A stretch of DNA of 64,000 bases from the human T2T-CHM13v2.0 reference genome, Homo sapiens. The stretch lies in assembly GCF_009914755.1 (NCBI RefSeq), contig NC_060925.1; one strand, 5' to 3'. This document shows, one piece after another, positions 1-15,124 of the stretch (its first letter is position 1; the number at the start of each line of letters is the position of its first letter). The notes below the pieces were generated by a model. The model had not been told where the DNA came from. It did no database searches and saw only the letters and a program-made list of their open reading frames with translations. The position numbers and the translations under genes are program-made.

Positions 1-739
1 GCGTTGCGGCACAGGAGGGGTGAGAACCTGCCAGCAGAGCAGGAGGCAGTGGCATTCGGGATTGGCCCTGAGGAACCAACCAGGATGCTGGACTTTGGCC
101 AGGGGATGAAGCTCTGGGTTTGAAATAGGAGCCTCATGATCCACAGCTGCCTTGGGGCACTTTGGACTAAGGTGACAGTGTGTGCTGTGACACCAAGGCC
201 TTAGGGCACATTGTGCTGCTGGAGGGGGATGGGTTTGGGTCAGGGGGCTTAAGGATGCATGGGAAGGGGCCACAGAGCAGGCTGAGCCCAGGGGGAGGGC
301 TCTGCACACAGCCCAGGAATTCCCTTCACAGCAGTACAGAAAGTGTGTGCGTCAGGACAGGCATCTCCCTGGAGCAGGTGGAGGGGAGCCCAGAGGGCAG
401 CCCCGCAGAGTCCAGGAGGAGATGATGAGGCCACCCCAGGGACAGCAGGGCCTGGGGCAGAGGAGGGAGAGTGGAGGTGAGAGCAGAGGGGGCTGAGAGA
501 GCTCTAGGGGACAGGGGTTGCTGTCCTTCCATCCTCCCTGGGCCTTCTGCACGGCTTTGCCCTGGCACTGTGGGCCATTTCCCAGATTTGTAGAGGTTGT
601 CAAATGCACCCCTGTTCCCAGGGAGCCGGGAAAGTGAGGGCAGATGGTGAAGTGTTGCAGGGCTGGACCACGAGGCAGCTGGAGGCCAGGACAATGGACT
701 GGGCAGGGTTGCAGGGCCAAGTGCAGTGGTGAGAGCAGG

Positions 740-992
740 TGAGAGGAGGGGAGGGGAGGAGGGGGGTGTGAAGGGGAGAAGGAAGGAGGGCAGGAGGAGG
801 GGAGGGGAGGGGAGGACCAGAGGAAGCGGAGAGGAGGTGGGGGGGTGAGGAGGGGAGGATTGGAGGAGGGGGAGGGGGTGAAGAGGGGGAGAGGAGGGTG
901 AGGAGAGGAGGGGAGGGCAGGAGGAGGGGAGGCTAGGAGGAGAGGGGGAAGGAGAGGAGGAAGGAGAGAAGGAGGAGAGGGGAGGAGGCAAG
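740..992 (+). repeat. Polypurine G/A-rich low-complexity tract
   Basis: About 250 bp of almost only G and A (GGAGG/GGGGA/GAGA units). Confidence 0.9.
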
Positions 993-1754
993 AGCCAGTC
1001 TGGAGGGAGCGAGCCTGTGAGCCAGGAGCACAGAGGGCAGGGGTTGGGCCTCAGCGTCCTTCATGAAGAACTCAATTCTTCAATGGCAGAGGATGTTTCT
1101 TTTTCCTCTGGTTATAAAACAGTTGATGTTCTTTATAGAGAAGTTGAGCTACAGATAGGTAAAAAGAAGAAAATAGCCCGCATAGTCCCCCGGCTCCCCG
1201 ATGACCATTGGTGAGAAGTGGGGCCTGGTATTCACAATGACTCACATCCAGATGTTTCTTCTTGGGGTTTTGAGAGGCCGGTTGGGCTGAAGCTCCAAGG
1301 AATGACCTGAAGGCCCTGGTGAAGTGTTCCTGGGGCGCTTTCACCCCAAGGAGCTCTGAGCAGCCGGAGAAGGGGCTGAGGTATGTGGGCCTGTGAAGGA
1401 CAGGAGCACCCAGAAAGCCGGTTCCTAGGGTGTCCCCCCCCACCACATCTGGGGAAAGCCCAGCCTGGCCTGGCTCCTGGCCCGGCCCTGAAGCCTAGGT
1501 TTGAAATTGTGGCTTAATGATCCACAGCTGCGCTTTTGGTTGCCAGCGCCCTCCTGAAAAACTAAAGAAGGCCTTAGCAATTTGAGAGAGCTCTGGGAAG
1601 CAGGAATGAGGCCGGGGTCTGGGGAGGAGGGTGGAAGAGGAAGAAAGAGTCTTTGAGGGCACTGGCAACCCCCAGCTCTGAGCCTGTGCCCTCTCCCGGC
1701 TTTCTTGGGCTCCTGGGTGCTGTGGATCTTGGCTGGGCTGCTGCTCTGGGCTGA

Positions 1755-1770
1755 CCCCCCCCCCCCCCCC
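1755..1770. repeat. C16 homopolymer
   Basis: Sixteen consecutive C. Confidence 0.9.
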
Positions 1771-2649
1771 GGCAAAGCTCTGTGGAAAGCGCCTTACCTG
1801 CTTATCTCCCGCCATCTGGAACATCCTCCTGAATCTCTGCCTCATCGCCCATCATCTGTACCAAAAGCCATTCCTCTGATTCTAGTGTTAGTCCTGGCAG
1901 AGTGGCTGCAGTTGGCTGTCTTAGGTGTGCGAGAAAATCATTGTTTAGCCAAGGAGGTGGAGGGTGGAGGGTTATCCCTCAGGCTCTTCAGCTCGGGAGC
2001 CCATGCCGGAGAGATCTGGGAAAGCATCCTTATTTGTTGGCCCAGGTGAAGAGCAGCCAGGCAGGGCAGCCAAGGTGACTCCTGGACCCAGCCCCAGCCC
2101 CCGGGAGCCACGCCAGTTGGGGAGATGGCATGAGGGACTGGCGCCCGCAATGTCTCTAGGAGCTGTTGGCTGAGGGTGGCTGAGGCCCTCAGTCCTGTCT
2201 TGTTGGGGGCACACAGTGGGATCCTCTCTCCTTGAACCCAGAGTCACTCAGCACCATGCTCGTGGCTGAGGGAACCAGTGTACAGAGGGACCCCCCAGGA
2301 GCCTGGAGGGTGTGGCAGCAAATAGGAGCCATGGCTGCATCCAAGGTGGAAGGAGGCCAACTGGGTCACATGGCAAGAGGGACTCCCAACTCAGGGTGCA
2401 GTCGAGTCTGATCGTGGGATGAGAGCCCCGGTGGCTACCTCCCTAAGTAGGATAAGCAGCCCCCGGGGGATCTGCCCAGGCAACCTCCTGGCCCCTTGAC
2501 GTGGGCCTGAAGCTTGGAAATAGCCTGATGGTGTCCAGGCAAGGGCTGAGGAGGAGGATAGCAGGAGAGTCCAGGGAAGCCAAGCAGGCTGGCTCAGGGG
2601 GCCGTTGCAGGCACTGCGTGACCCCAGCATTCATCACATACTGGCTTAA

Positions 2650-2697
<48 letters not shown>
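2650..2697. repeat. Compound (TG)n(AG)n microsatellite
   Basis: About (GT)10(GA)13 abutting an Alu tail. Confidence 0.95.
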
Positions 2698-2698
2698 G

Positions 2699-2996
2699 TT
2701 TTATTTTTTTTGAAAGAGTCTCGCTCTGTCGCCCAGGCTGGAGTGCAGTGGCATGATCTCGTCTCGGCTCACTGCAACCTCTGCCTCCCAGGTTCAAGCA
2801 ATTCTCCTGTCTTAGTCTCCCAAGTAGCTGGGATTACAGGTGCCAACCACCATGCCTGGCTAATTTTTGTATTTTTGGTGGAGGCGGGGTTTCACCATGT
2901 TGGTCAGGCTGGTCTTGAACTTCTGACCTCAGGTAATCCACTCATCTCAGCCTCCCAAAATGCTGGGATTATAGGTGTAAGACACTGCACCCGGCC
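2699..2996 (-). mobile_element. Alu (AluS-like)
   Basis: T-rich tail followed by GAGTCTCGCTCTGTCGCCCAGGCTGGAGTGCAGTGG ... CTGCACCCGGCC. Confidence 0.95.
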
Positions 2997-5900
2997 GAGA
3001 TTTTCAATCAAAGCTGCTATGTGGCTCCGATGAGATGGAGATGACAGCTCCCCTATGCGGCAGCCAGACCTGGGGCCAAGCGCAGCCTCCCTCGGGTCAC
3101 TGCTTGGCCTCTGACATGTGCTGTCCTCTTCTGTCAAATGGGGATCTAATCCTATTGAACAGGATTGTGCAGGTTAAAGGAAAGGCTTCTTATAGTGCAA
3201 ACAAAGCAAGCATGGCCTCTGCCCTCACAGAGACTTCTTGGAGCTCAAACAGAACAAATGTGGCCTCTGCCCTCATGGAGACCCCAGCAGCAGGGATGGC
3301 TCAGCCTGCCAACTTTCATGTTGGGGGTGCATGCGATGCCGGGGAGGACTTGGCTGGGAGACACCACCCATCGGAGGCTGGTTTTGTTCTCCCTGAGTGG
3401 GTGGTCCCCGCAGAGAGAGCGGGGCCTGTTAGAGGACTCCAGGGCAGAGGTGCCTTCCTGATCCAGGACCCTCCAGCCCTTTGTCTCTGGCCCGTGTGGC
3501 TGGGGGACACCACGTGGTTGGCCAGCAGATGGAGGGACAGTTGCCTGGAATCCCAGTCTCAGTGGCTGAGCCAAGGCACCCTGGACTCCCCAGGTGTGGC
3601 TGTGCCTGCACACGGCTGCCCCGGGCTTCTCAGCACTCATGGCCGGCTCTCGCTTCCCCGGAGGCACCGACATCTGCCTGTTCGTCCCAGTTGTCCTGTT
3701 TGCTTTGGAACCAGGAGCATGATTTACGTCCGAGTGCGTTTTTATGTTTTGCACCAAAGGTTTTAAACAGTTCCTAGACAAAACAATTCTATTTTAATGC
3801 ACAGAATTCCTATCTTGGGTTATCTTCTTTACAGCCATATATGTTTTATTAGTTTATTTTTATTGGCCTATCTCCTTGCTAGAACATAAGCTCCCTGAGG
3901 ACCAGGGCACACCTGTGTAGCACTCTGTTCCCGGTGCCTACCACGGGGCCAGGCACGTAGGGAGCCCCCAGAAACAGGTTGAGAGGGTGCACAGACCGGT
4001 GTTTGCAGGGGCCGGCTGTTTACGTAGCTCTCCCTTTGCGGCAGCTACTCTCCGCCCATCTTTCTCTTAATAGTTATGGATTATGGAAAAGAAGAACAAA
4101 GCGCATTAAGAGGTTCCCCTACATTTGATTTGAGGAAGTTTTCATCCGAATGGCTCCATTGATTGGCCTTTCGCGTACAGCCTTATTCCCTTCTCACAAA
4201 ATGAATATTGCCTTGTCTCCTTGAGAAAAATTGATTTCAGCCAGAAAGGAGAAGAGCAAACTCCCTCCTCCTGCTCTTCTTTTTTTTTTTTCCCTCCCAC
4301 CGAGACGGAATTTATCTCTTAGGTAGGTGGGGGGTAGAAATAGGAATAATTGGACCAGAAGCTAATTCCCAGAGATTCATTGTCTCGAAAGCTCCCACCA
4401 GAATGTGAGAAGCTTGCCTTGAATTGCATGCTAATGATAAATGACAACTCTAACAGACCGTCACATTGAGATGTTTAGTCCTTCCTGCTAGGAGATGACA
4501 CATTAATTTTCTCTCAGATTTACATTGGATTCTTAATAAAATATCGGTGTTGGAATATGACAAGTGAGGGGCCACGGAAGCACCAGGCACCATTTGGGAG
4601 GCATGGACTTTGGCCGGAGGAGACTGCGGTGGGGCTGAACATGAGCCAGGCGCTGGGTGGCATTGGAGCAGGGCTCCCATCACTGTGCTGGGATGGGGCT
4701 TACGTGACCTGGCTGCACCAAGCAGCAGGAATGGCTGGTCCTCTTTCTTGACTATAGTGTTGAATGCAAAGACAGGTGATGCCATTAATTCTCTCTCATC
4801 TTAAACCCCCTTTTCTTTGGCTTGTCACTGACCAAATGCTTTCAGCGTAATAAGTGAAGTTTTCTATTTTTAAGAAAAGTTGCTGTTTCTTGATTAATTT
4901 GCTCATTTGATGAGGACTTATGGAGTGTTTGCTGTTTACAAGTTATGAAGGTAGAGAGGCAGAAGCAGCAGCCAGACATGCCAAGTCTAAGTGATCATCC
5001 CACTTCCCTGCTTCAAAACCTCCAGTTGCTTCCATGGCCTCGAGAGCAATGTTCGGAATTCTCGGAGGATCCACAAAGCCCCGGGATCTAACCCCTCTGG
5101 ACGTGCAGTTCCCTTTGTCTGGAAGGCGCCTCTCCCCGTTCTTTTTGGCTGACTTTTACTCTCTTTAATCCCTCGGCCTACTATCACTTTTTCAAGGGGC
5201 CGGGGAGGTGGGGGTCATAACCCCTCTGCCCTGGTCTGGACCCAGCCTCTCTGTAGGATGCTGTCAGGTGCCCTCTGCTTTTTCTTCCTTGCGCTTACCG
5301 GAGTTGCACTCTCCAGGTTAATTTATGCCGTCTTACATTTTATGCTACATTTGTATTAAGATTGGAGTCCTCGCTTTTCCTTCATCGCTGTTAATACACG
5401 TGTACCCTTGGTTAATTCGTGTCTCTCATCACTCTTACAGTAAAATCCACCCTGGTTCAGGAGCCCAGATTACTTGGGGTGAGCCGCTCTCTCGCCCCGT
5501 CTCCTGCCCCTGCCCTGTTCTTTGTCTGCCAGCCTCTGCCAAGCTTCCTCTCCAAACCTGGGCCTCGCCACGCTCTCTACCGAAAGCCCTTCCAGGGAGC
5601 CAGCATTCATGTCCTTGCCTTCGCCTCCGCTTCCACCCAGATGCTGCGTCCTGGGAGAGGCCTCTTGGCTGCCCATTGCCACCCACTCACAGCTGTTCTC
5701 AAACCCACTCATTCGCTATCTCTGGTGGGTCCCCTTTCCCTCCTGCAGCTCTGGGGCCTGCCCAGGGCGGGCCTCTGTGCGTCATTGTTCTTCCTCCCTA
5801 CCGGACTGCAAGCTGTGCAGAGGCAGGGCTGTGGCACCCTCAGCACCCGGCGTGAATGCTCAGCCGTGATAGCTGCTCAGTAAATATTAACTGAACAAAT

Positions 5901-6115
5901 CAGTGAACGTCAGCGTAGAGTTTCAAGCCGAGGCCCTGGGAGCCCTGGGAAGGTGCCATGAAGGAGGCGTTCCTCCAGTCTTGCTCTGGAGCGAGTCTTG
6001 GTCATTACCATCTCTCCAAATGGGCAGCCTCTTCTTTTCAGGGACCTCCAGAGACAATTTATGTGAACAAACTGTGGCTTAACGATCTTGGGAAATTGGA
6101 AAATACAAGTTGACC

Positions 6116-6433
<318 letters not shown>

Positions 6434-6672
6434 TGACTCTGAGTTCTGGAAGCCCTAGCCACCCTTCATCCTGTTCTCAACTCTCCACAAAGACATTGTG
6501 GCCCTTAGAGATGGAATCTAGGTGTGTCCCGACCCGCCAGGTTCTCCTCTTGCTTGGTTGTTCGGGATCAGCCTTCCTAGGGTTATAGCGAGGATTCGAT
6601 GAGACTGACTGCATGAAACACTAGCTACAGGATAGTGCCATTGGCTATCCTTGCTTTTATTCAGAAAAATGA

Positions 6673-7062
<390 letters not shown>

Positions 7063-7859
7063 TCACGGCCGTCTGGTGGCTTGTGGGGGGCTTTTAGGCC
7101 GACAAATCTATCTAGTCGTTTGTTCTCTGATAAGAAAACCTCTTTTACGATTTTCAATTTGCCCTTATTTTAATGAAAAGAAGCTGGGATTGGACCGCCC
7201 AAGAAGGAGCTAATCAAATAAAGCAAATTGGTGCTACCTTCTCCTTGTCCTTATTATTCGTATGGCTCTAGCTGGAATGTATTATGAGAAGCAATTGGTT
7301 TTCATATCTGGCAGATTGCAGCCTGGGCCGGGCCTGTCAGCCTTCTCTTCCCCCTCTTTTCATAAACAGCTGAGAGTGGCCGGGCTGCGGGGTGTGGGGG
7401 AGGACACGGAATGCTTGTAACCAGTTTTCTTGCTCCTTGTCCCCCAAATCGTGAAGACCCCTGTAAACAAGTCAGAGGAAGTCTCCAGGTTGAAAGTTAG
7501 TAAGCCAGTTCCTTCCTGTGAGATTCGGGCTGTCGCCGTGGCTTCTTGAGGTTCCATGTGGCGGTCCTGTCAACCTTGCTATGTGCAAGGCATCAATTAC
7601 TGCCCTCGCTGGGTTTGTGCGAGGGAGAGATAAGCAGAGGAGACGTTCCTTCATCGCACTTTTTCCCTCCCCTTGCAACAAAAGGAAGAACTACAATTTA
7701 AATCAGGCTCAGCCCGCCCTTGCTCTGTATGAAGTGTTTTGCCATGGGCGGTTCTTGGGCTCCCCAAAGTACTATGAGTTGTTGTGACTGTAGAAGGGGA
7801 GGGGTAGCTGGGGCGTGCCAGGGATTTGAAACAAGACATCAGGAGGGGGTGCAGTGGGG

Positions 7860-8060
7860 CAATTCCCTGGTTCTCCCCTTACCGGCTGTGCGACGTTGGG
7901 GAAGTTACTTCACTTCTCTGTGCCCTAAGCCTTCTCACCCTGTAAAATGAAGATAGCAATACCCAGCTACTAAAGTGACTGTCAGATTAAAATGGAACAT
8001 GGGTGTAAAGGGCCCTCCCCGGCACCTGGCACAAGGTCCATGCAGAATAAATGGCAGCTC
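7860..8060 (+). mobile_element. MIR fragment
   Basis: MIR core-like GGCTGTGCGACGTTGGGGAAGTTACTTCACTTCTCTGTGCC...CTGTAAAATGAAGATA. Confidence 0.65.
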
Positions 8061-9599
8061 TTCTCATGGTCGCAGTTGTCCTGGTTGTTACTGACATTTT
8101 AGTCCAGGCCACGTACCTCTAATGGTGCATGGAAATCAGGCCATTCCGTGTTGGAAAGATCAGAAAGAAAGGTGCAGGTGCATGAAATATGTAAGCTGCA
8201 ATAAAGGGTGACATTCCTCATTTTCCAACTGCCCACTGGAACAGAGATTCTGCACTGGCCTCAGGAATAGTGTCCACTCTTCTAGGACACTGCAGGCCCT
8301 GTCTTGTCACGGGAGCCTGATTGACATTTGGGGTCAGGGCTGGGAGGCAGTTGGAACTGCATGAACTGCCTTTCCCTCCAGCCAGGCCCTTCCCTGTGCC
8401 TTGTGGCAGGAGCGATAGGACCAAAGGCATTGGGAGGAAACAGTGGAGCTGACCTAGGGTTTGGGTTCCAGCTGGAAAAAGAGTTCTTTAGAAGCCATCC
8501 AGATACTGTTCCTGGAGTCCCACTGGGAACTGGGACATCATCTGTTCTTAAAGGGGTGCTGCAAGTAACAGATCTTATGAATTCAGAGGAGCAATAGCCG
8601 GTCAACCTGAACAGAGCTTATTGCACAAAATCTGCTGCCTCCGGGCCAGGGCTGGGGGAATGGGCTGACAGGAGAAAGATCCACCGCAAGTCCACGGCTC
8701 ACTGGAATAGCAGGCTGGGTCTCAGTTGTCTGCACAGATGAAATTGGTGGTTGTTGAGGTCCTGGAAATGATCAGTTAGTGACAGAGAAAGTGGGGGTTT
8801 GAGGGAGAGGGGCCATGAACCAGACCTGTTTTGGATGCATTGATTTCTAAAGCAAGACGCTGGAAAGAGTGTCTACACTTTTTATTTTGCAGAATTAACC
8901 TAGTCTTCGATTCAATCCCCAGTTGCTCCATAAATTTCTACTTAATATCCACACGCAAAACGTCTCAAGAACACATCACCCCTCTGATCTTCAGTTATTA
9001 ATCATCTTTTATCTACCTAATTTGAAAAAGATCACTCCCTAAAGTGATAGGTGAGTCTGTGAGCTGCAAGTGTTTGGAGCTGGCCTCTCCCATGGGTGGG
9101 TTTGTCGGCTACACCTTACAATGCACCATTTCATTACTCTCTCAGTCCCCTCATTGTTACTCCCCACAGGGGAACCCTACAAAAAGAGGACAAGTCTGTT
9201 AGTTACAGAGAACATGTGCTATATGACAGGCAGCACACCGGGCACCTTACACACATCCTATTCACTAAAACAGAGAGACCAAGTAATTTGTTCAAGATCA
9301 CACAGCTCTTAAGGAGCTGAGCTAAAATTTAAGATACAACCTAGATCTCACTCCAAATCTCATAATCTTCTTTTAAAAAACATACTATTATGGAAAAATT
9401 TCAAACATCTACAAATATAAACAGACTAGCATAATGAATTCACATATACGTATCATTCAACTTTAATATGGTCAGTCTTCTTTCTTTTTTTTTTTTTTAA
9501 AGCAAAAACATTTTGCTATGGAAATACTGGATGGTTTTATAGGATTCAAAGGGAGAGATACATCTGAAGCTTGGGCACAGAATGGCAACAGGGATGAGA

Positions 9600-9800
9600 C
9601 TCGGTGGTTTAGAGCAAATGGGCTGAAGTCAGATAGTCTGGATTTGAATGTTGACTCTCACGCTTACTAGTCCTCTGACCTTGAAAATTTGCTTAACCAC
9701 TCAGTGTACTCAACTCTAAAATGGATATAAGAGCAGTGCTTCCTCATAGGTAGTTCTGAGCATTAAGCAGTTAATGTACGTGAAGAATAGAACATGGAAT
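9600..9800 (+). mobile_element. MIR fragment
   Basis: GTGGTTTAGAGCA...AGTCAGA...CTTACTAG...TGACCTTG...CTAAAATGGATATAA. Confidence 0.65.
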
Positions 9801-9909
9801 GACCAAGACTCGCTGCAGAGCAAGACTGGAGGAATTCCTTCATGGCTCCTTCCCAGGGCTCCCAGGGGCTCAGCTTGAAACTCTACGCTGATGTTCACTG
9901 ATTTGTTCA

Positions 9910-10256
<347 letters not shown>

Positions 10257-11011
10257 TCACGTGGGGTGCCGTGGGTGCCACAGCCCCACCTCTGCACAGC
10301 TTGCAGTCCAGTGGGGAGGAAGGACAATTTTATATCAGTGCCCGCTATTTGGTAAGCACTCAATAATTGTTGTTTCTTTGAATTCTTCTTGTTATTATAC
10401 CATGGTCAGTCTTATTTCATCCATACTCTCCCATTCCTTCCCTCAACATTATTTGGAAGCATCTCTCAGACACTGTATAATTTCATCAGTAAATATTTCA
10501 GTATACTTCTCTAAAAGATAAGTTCTCTTTTAAAAAAATACTTCTGCACTACACTGATCACTGTTACAAATGAATAATAATTCTAAATCTCATTACATAC
10601 CCAGTCACTGTTCAACATTTCGGTTGTTTCACAAATGCCATCTTTCATTTTACAGTTTGTTTGGCTCAGACAGTATCCAAGTAAGGTCTACATATTGCAA
10701 TTGGTTGATTATTTCTTTGACTTTTTCAGGCTATATGTTCTCATTCCAGCACACTCCTGCTCTTTTTTTCTCTCTTACTTACTCATTCTTCCTCAGAGAA
10801 TTGGTTAAAGAAGCCAAGTCATTTGCCCCGTAGAGTCTTCCATAGTCTGGATTTTGCTGACTGTATCCCCATGGCATCATTTACCATACCATGTCCCAGC
10901 GCCCTCTGCAGATTGTAGAAAGTGGAGGTTAGAGCAAGAGTTCTCAATAGCTTCAAGGTCAATTTTTTTTTTTTTTTTTTTTTTGCAGCAAAATGTACTT
11001 CCATCAGGGGA

Positions 11012-11406
11012 TGTCTTAGTCCATTTGTGTTGCTATAATGGAATACTACAGACTGGGTAATTTATAAACAATAGAAGTTTACTTGGCTCATGGTTCTGGA
11101 GGCTGGGAAGTTCAGGAGCATGGCGCCTTGTGAGGGCCTTTGTGCTACATCATCGCGTGGTGGAAGGTGGAAGGGCAAGAGAGGGCAAGAATGAGAGAAT
11201 GAGAATGAGAGAGGAGGAGGGGGCCACCAGACTCACTTTTATTAAAAAAAAGCCACTCCTGTAATAACTAACTCACTCCCAAGGTAATGACGTTAATCCA
11301 TTCATGACCTAATCACCTCTTATTAGGCCTGACCTCCCAACAGTGTTGTAGTGGGGATTAAGTTTCCAACACATGACCTTTAGGGGGACACATCCAAACC
11401 ATAGCA
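11012..11406. mobile_element. MaLR solo LTR (MSTC/MSTD-like)
   Basis: TGTCTTAGTCCATTTGTGTTGCTATAA ... GGGGACACATCCAAACCATAGCA. 5-bp TSD GGGGA/GAGGA. Confidence 0.85.
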
Positions 11407-11842
11407 GAGGACATGTACTATCTGGTTGTCTCTCTTTTGTGATGTCAGCCACCATTGATGATCCATGCCCAGATCCATTAATTCATTAGGGATGACAAAA
11501 CAATGATATTTTAATTCTCTCATTTCTTCTTCATTTATTGGCTGGAGTACTTTTATAGAGAAAGTTCTTTCTCCTCCTATTTGGTAACTCAAAAGAACAG
11601 TTTGTACAGGAAAGGCAGGATATGTGGCCTAATTCTCCTTTTCTTTTTTTATTTTTTTAGTTTTCAAAATAATGTATTGGGTCACTAGCATCTTCCAACA
11701 ATGAGCAATTAGTTTTTTGTTTGTTTGAGGACTATTATGAACTCATAGATTTAAACATATTTAATGTATTTCAGTCGAATGTTGATGTTCAAATTGTCCC
11801 ATCTTTGGTTAGTGGGAGCCTCTTCAAGTTGGTTCCGGAGTC

Positions 11843-12129
11843 TTTTTTTTTTTTTTTTTAATTGAGATGGGGTCTCACTCTGTCACCCAGGCTGGAGTGC
11901 AGTGGTGCTATCTCGGTTCACTGTAACCTCCGCCTCCTGGGCTCAAGTGATTCTCTCACCTCAGCCTCCTGAGTAGCTGGGACCACAGGCATGTGCCACC
12001 ACACTTTGTTGTAGAGACAGGGTTTTGCCATGTTGTCCAGGCTGGTCTTGAACTCATGAGCTCAAGCAATCTGCCCTCCTCAGCCTCCCAAAGTGCTGAG
12101 ATTACACACGTGAGCCACCACACCTGGTC
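11843..12129 (-). mobile_element. Alu (AluJ-like, shortened middle linker)
   Basis: J-type GGGCTCAAGTGAT and GCTCAAGCAATC. TSD GGAGTC-like on both sides. Confidence 0.9.
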
Positions 12130-12159
12130 TGGAGTCCTTTTCATATTAGCTTAAGTCTT

Positions 12160-13707
12160 CCATACAGCTAACATCATACTTAATGATGAAAGACTGTATG
12201 CTTCCCCCTAAAATCAGGAACAGGGCAAAGTGTTGATTCTCACCGCTTCTATTCAACATTGGACTGGAGGTGCCAGCCAGTGCAATAAAGCAAGAGAAAG
12301 AAAAGCATCCACAATGAGAAGAAGAAAGTGGAGTCACAGGTGACTTAATTATATATGTAAACTATCCTAAAGAATCTACAAAAAAAATTTACTAGAACTA
12401 ATAAATAGGTTTAGCAAGGGTCACAGGATAAGATCAACATACAAAATTCAATTGTATTTCTATATAGTACAAATGAACAATCCAAAAATAAATTGAGAAA
12501 ACAATTTCATTCATAATATCTTCAAAATAATAAAGTGCATAGGATAAATGTAAGTTACAAAGTGTAAAACCCATATATTGAAAACTACAAAGTCTTAATG
12601 AAAGAAATTACGGATTTACCTGGGTAGAAAGACATTCCATGTTCTGCAATTGGAAGTGGTTGGAAGACTCAATATTGTTAAGATGGCAATTCTCTCAAAA
12701 TTGATTTCTAGATTCAGTACAACTCCAATTAAAATTCTAGCAGCCTTTTTTCCTCAGAAATTGTCAAGCTAACCCTAAAATATATATGGAAATACAAAGG
12801 ACTTAAAATAGCCAAAACAGTTTTGAAAAAGAAGAACAAAGTTGGAGGACTTATAGTCCCGGATTTCAAAACTTATTATAAAGCTGCTACAATCAAGATA
12901 GATAGTATTGGCATAAAAATAGACAATGGAACAGAAGAGAAAGTTCAGAAATAAAATCATATGTTTATGGTCAATTTATTTTCAACAAAGGTGCAAAAGC
13001 AATTCAGTGGAGTTGGGGGTGGAGAAAATAGGCTGTTTAAATTTAAAAAATGGTGCTGGGACAATTGGATATTCAGTGACAAAAATAAACTTGACCTTTA
13101 TCTCACACCATATGCAAAAATTCACTCAAAATGGATCATGACCTAAATGCAAGAGCTAAAGATATAAAAGATATAGAAGAAGACATAAGACATGTTTATT
13201 ACCTTGGGTTAGGCAAAGCACCCTTAGATGAGACTAAGTACTATTCATAAAAGAAAAAATTGATAAATTGGAACTTACCAAAGGGGAAAATTTTTACTCT
13301 TTTAAAGAAACCATCAAGCCATTAAGGAAAAGAGGAGACAAGTTATGGATTGGGAGAAAGTATTTGCAAATCATATGTCTGATAAAGGACTTGTATCTAG
13401 ATTATATGTAAAGAGCTCTTAAAACTCAAAAAACAAGAAGGCAACTCAATTAAAAATAGGCAAGAGATTCAAATAGATTCAATGTCTATCTGAATGGCTA
13501 ACAAGGACATGAAAAGGTACTCAACATCATTAGTTATTAGGGAAATGCAAATTAAAACCACAATACACTCACTAGGATGCCTATAATCCAAAAGACAGAT
13601 AATGTCAAACGCTGGGGAGGATGTGGAGAAATTGGAACCCTCCTCCATTCCTAGTGGGAATGAATGGAAAATGGTGCTGCCATGTTGGAAAACAGTCTGG
13701 CAGTTTT
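12160..13707 (+). mobile_element. Old L1 (L1M-type) ORF2 fragment, decayed
   Basis: L1 ORF2 motifs (GGAAGACTCAATATTGTTAAGATGGCAAT; peptide KKWCWDNWI...[16 protein letters not shown]) with many stops. Confidence 0.85.
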
Positions 13708-13971
13708 ATTTTTATCTAATAAGATGTAAGTATCTTTCACATATTGTTGCTGGGTTTTCAATCATGGTTAAGAAAGTTTTCTCCACTTTCAGGTTATAGA
13801 GAAATTCACCTGTATTTTCTTGTAGGGTAGGTATGATTTTATTTATTACATTGAAATCTCTGACTGTTTAGCATCAGTGCTGCTGTATGATGTGAGGGGT
13901 AAACCCATTTTGGTATTTTCCATGTGCCTTCTAGGTCCCCCAATTTCACTTATGAAAAACTTGACCCCTTC

Positions 13972-14460
<489 letters not shown>

Positions 14461-14638
14461 TCATATGTCTTAATAGCTGGTAACGCTAGCCCCTATGCCT
14501 TGGTCTTCTTTTGGGAGGTTTATTTGGCTATTCTTAGTGCTTCTTCCTTTCAAATAAACTTTACAATAAAATGTTCTAGATCCAGAAAAAAAATTCCTGA
14601 TGGGATTCTCATTGTTATGACTTCACATTTATAGATTA

Positions 14639-15123
<485 letters not shown>

Positions 15124-15124
15124 T

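Noticed and set aside
326-991. 221-aa Pro/Ser/Leu-rich ORF on the minus strand
   Set aside because: Translation artefact of the polypurine tract; no domain
2247-2266. TCAGCACCATG, REST/RE1 left half-site
   Set aside because: The right half (GACAG) is missing; expected by chance
3213-3275. TGGCCTCTGCCCTCA repeated at 48-bp spacing
   Set aside because: Short; resembles a common L2-derived motif, with no further structure
3035-3766. 243-aa ORF
   Set aside because: Starts in MIR-like sequence and is GC-rich with open frames on both strands. No recognisable motif or splice structure
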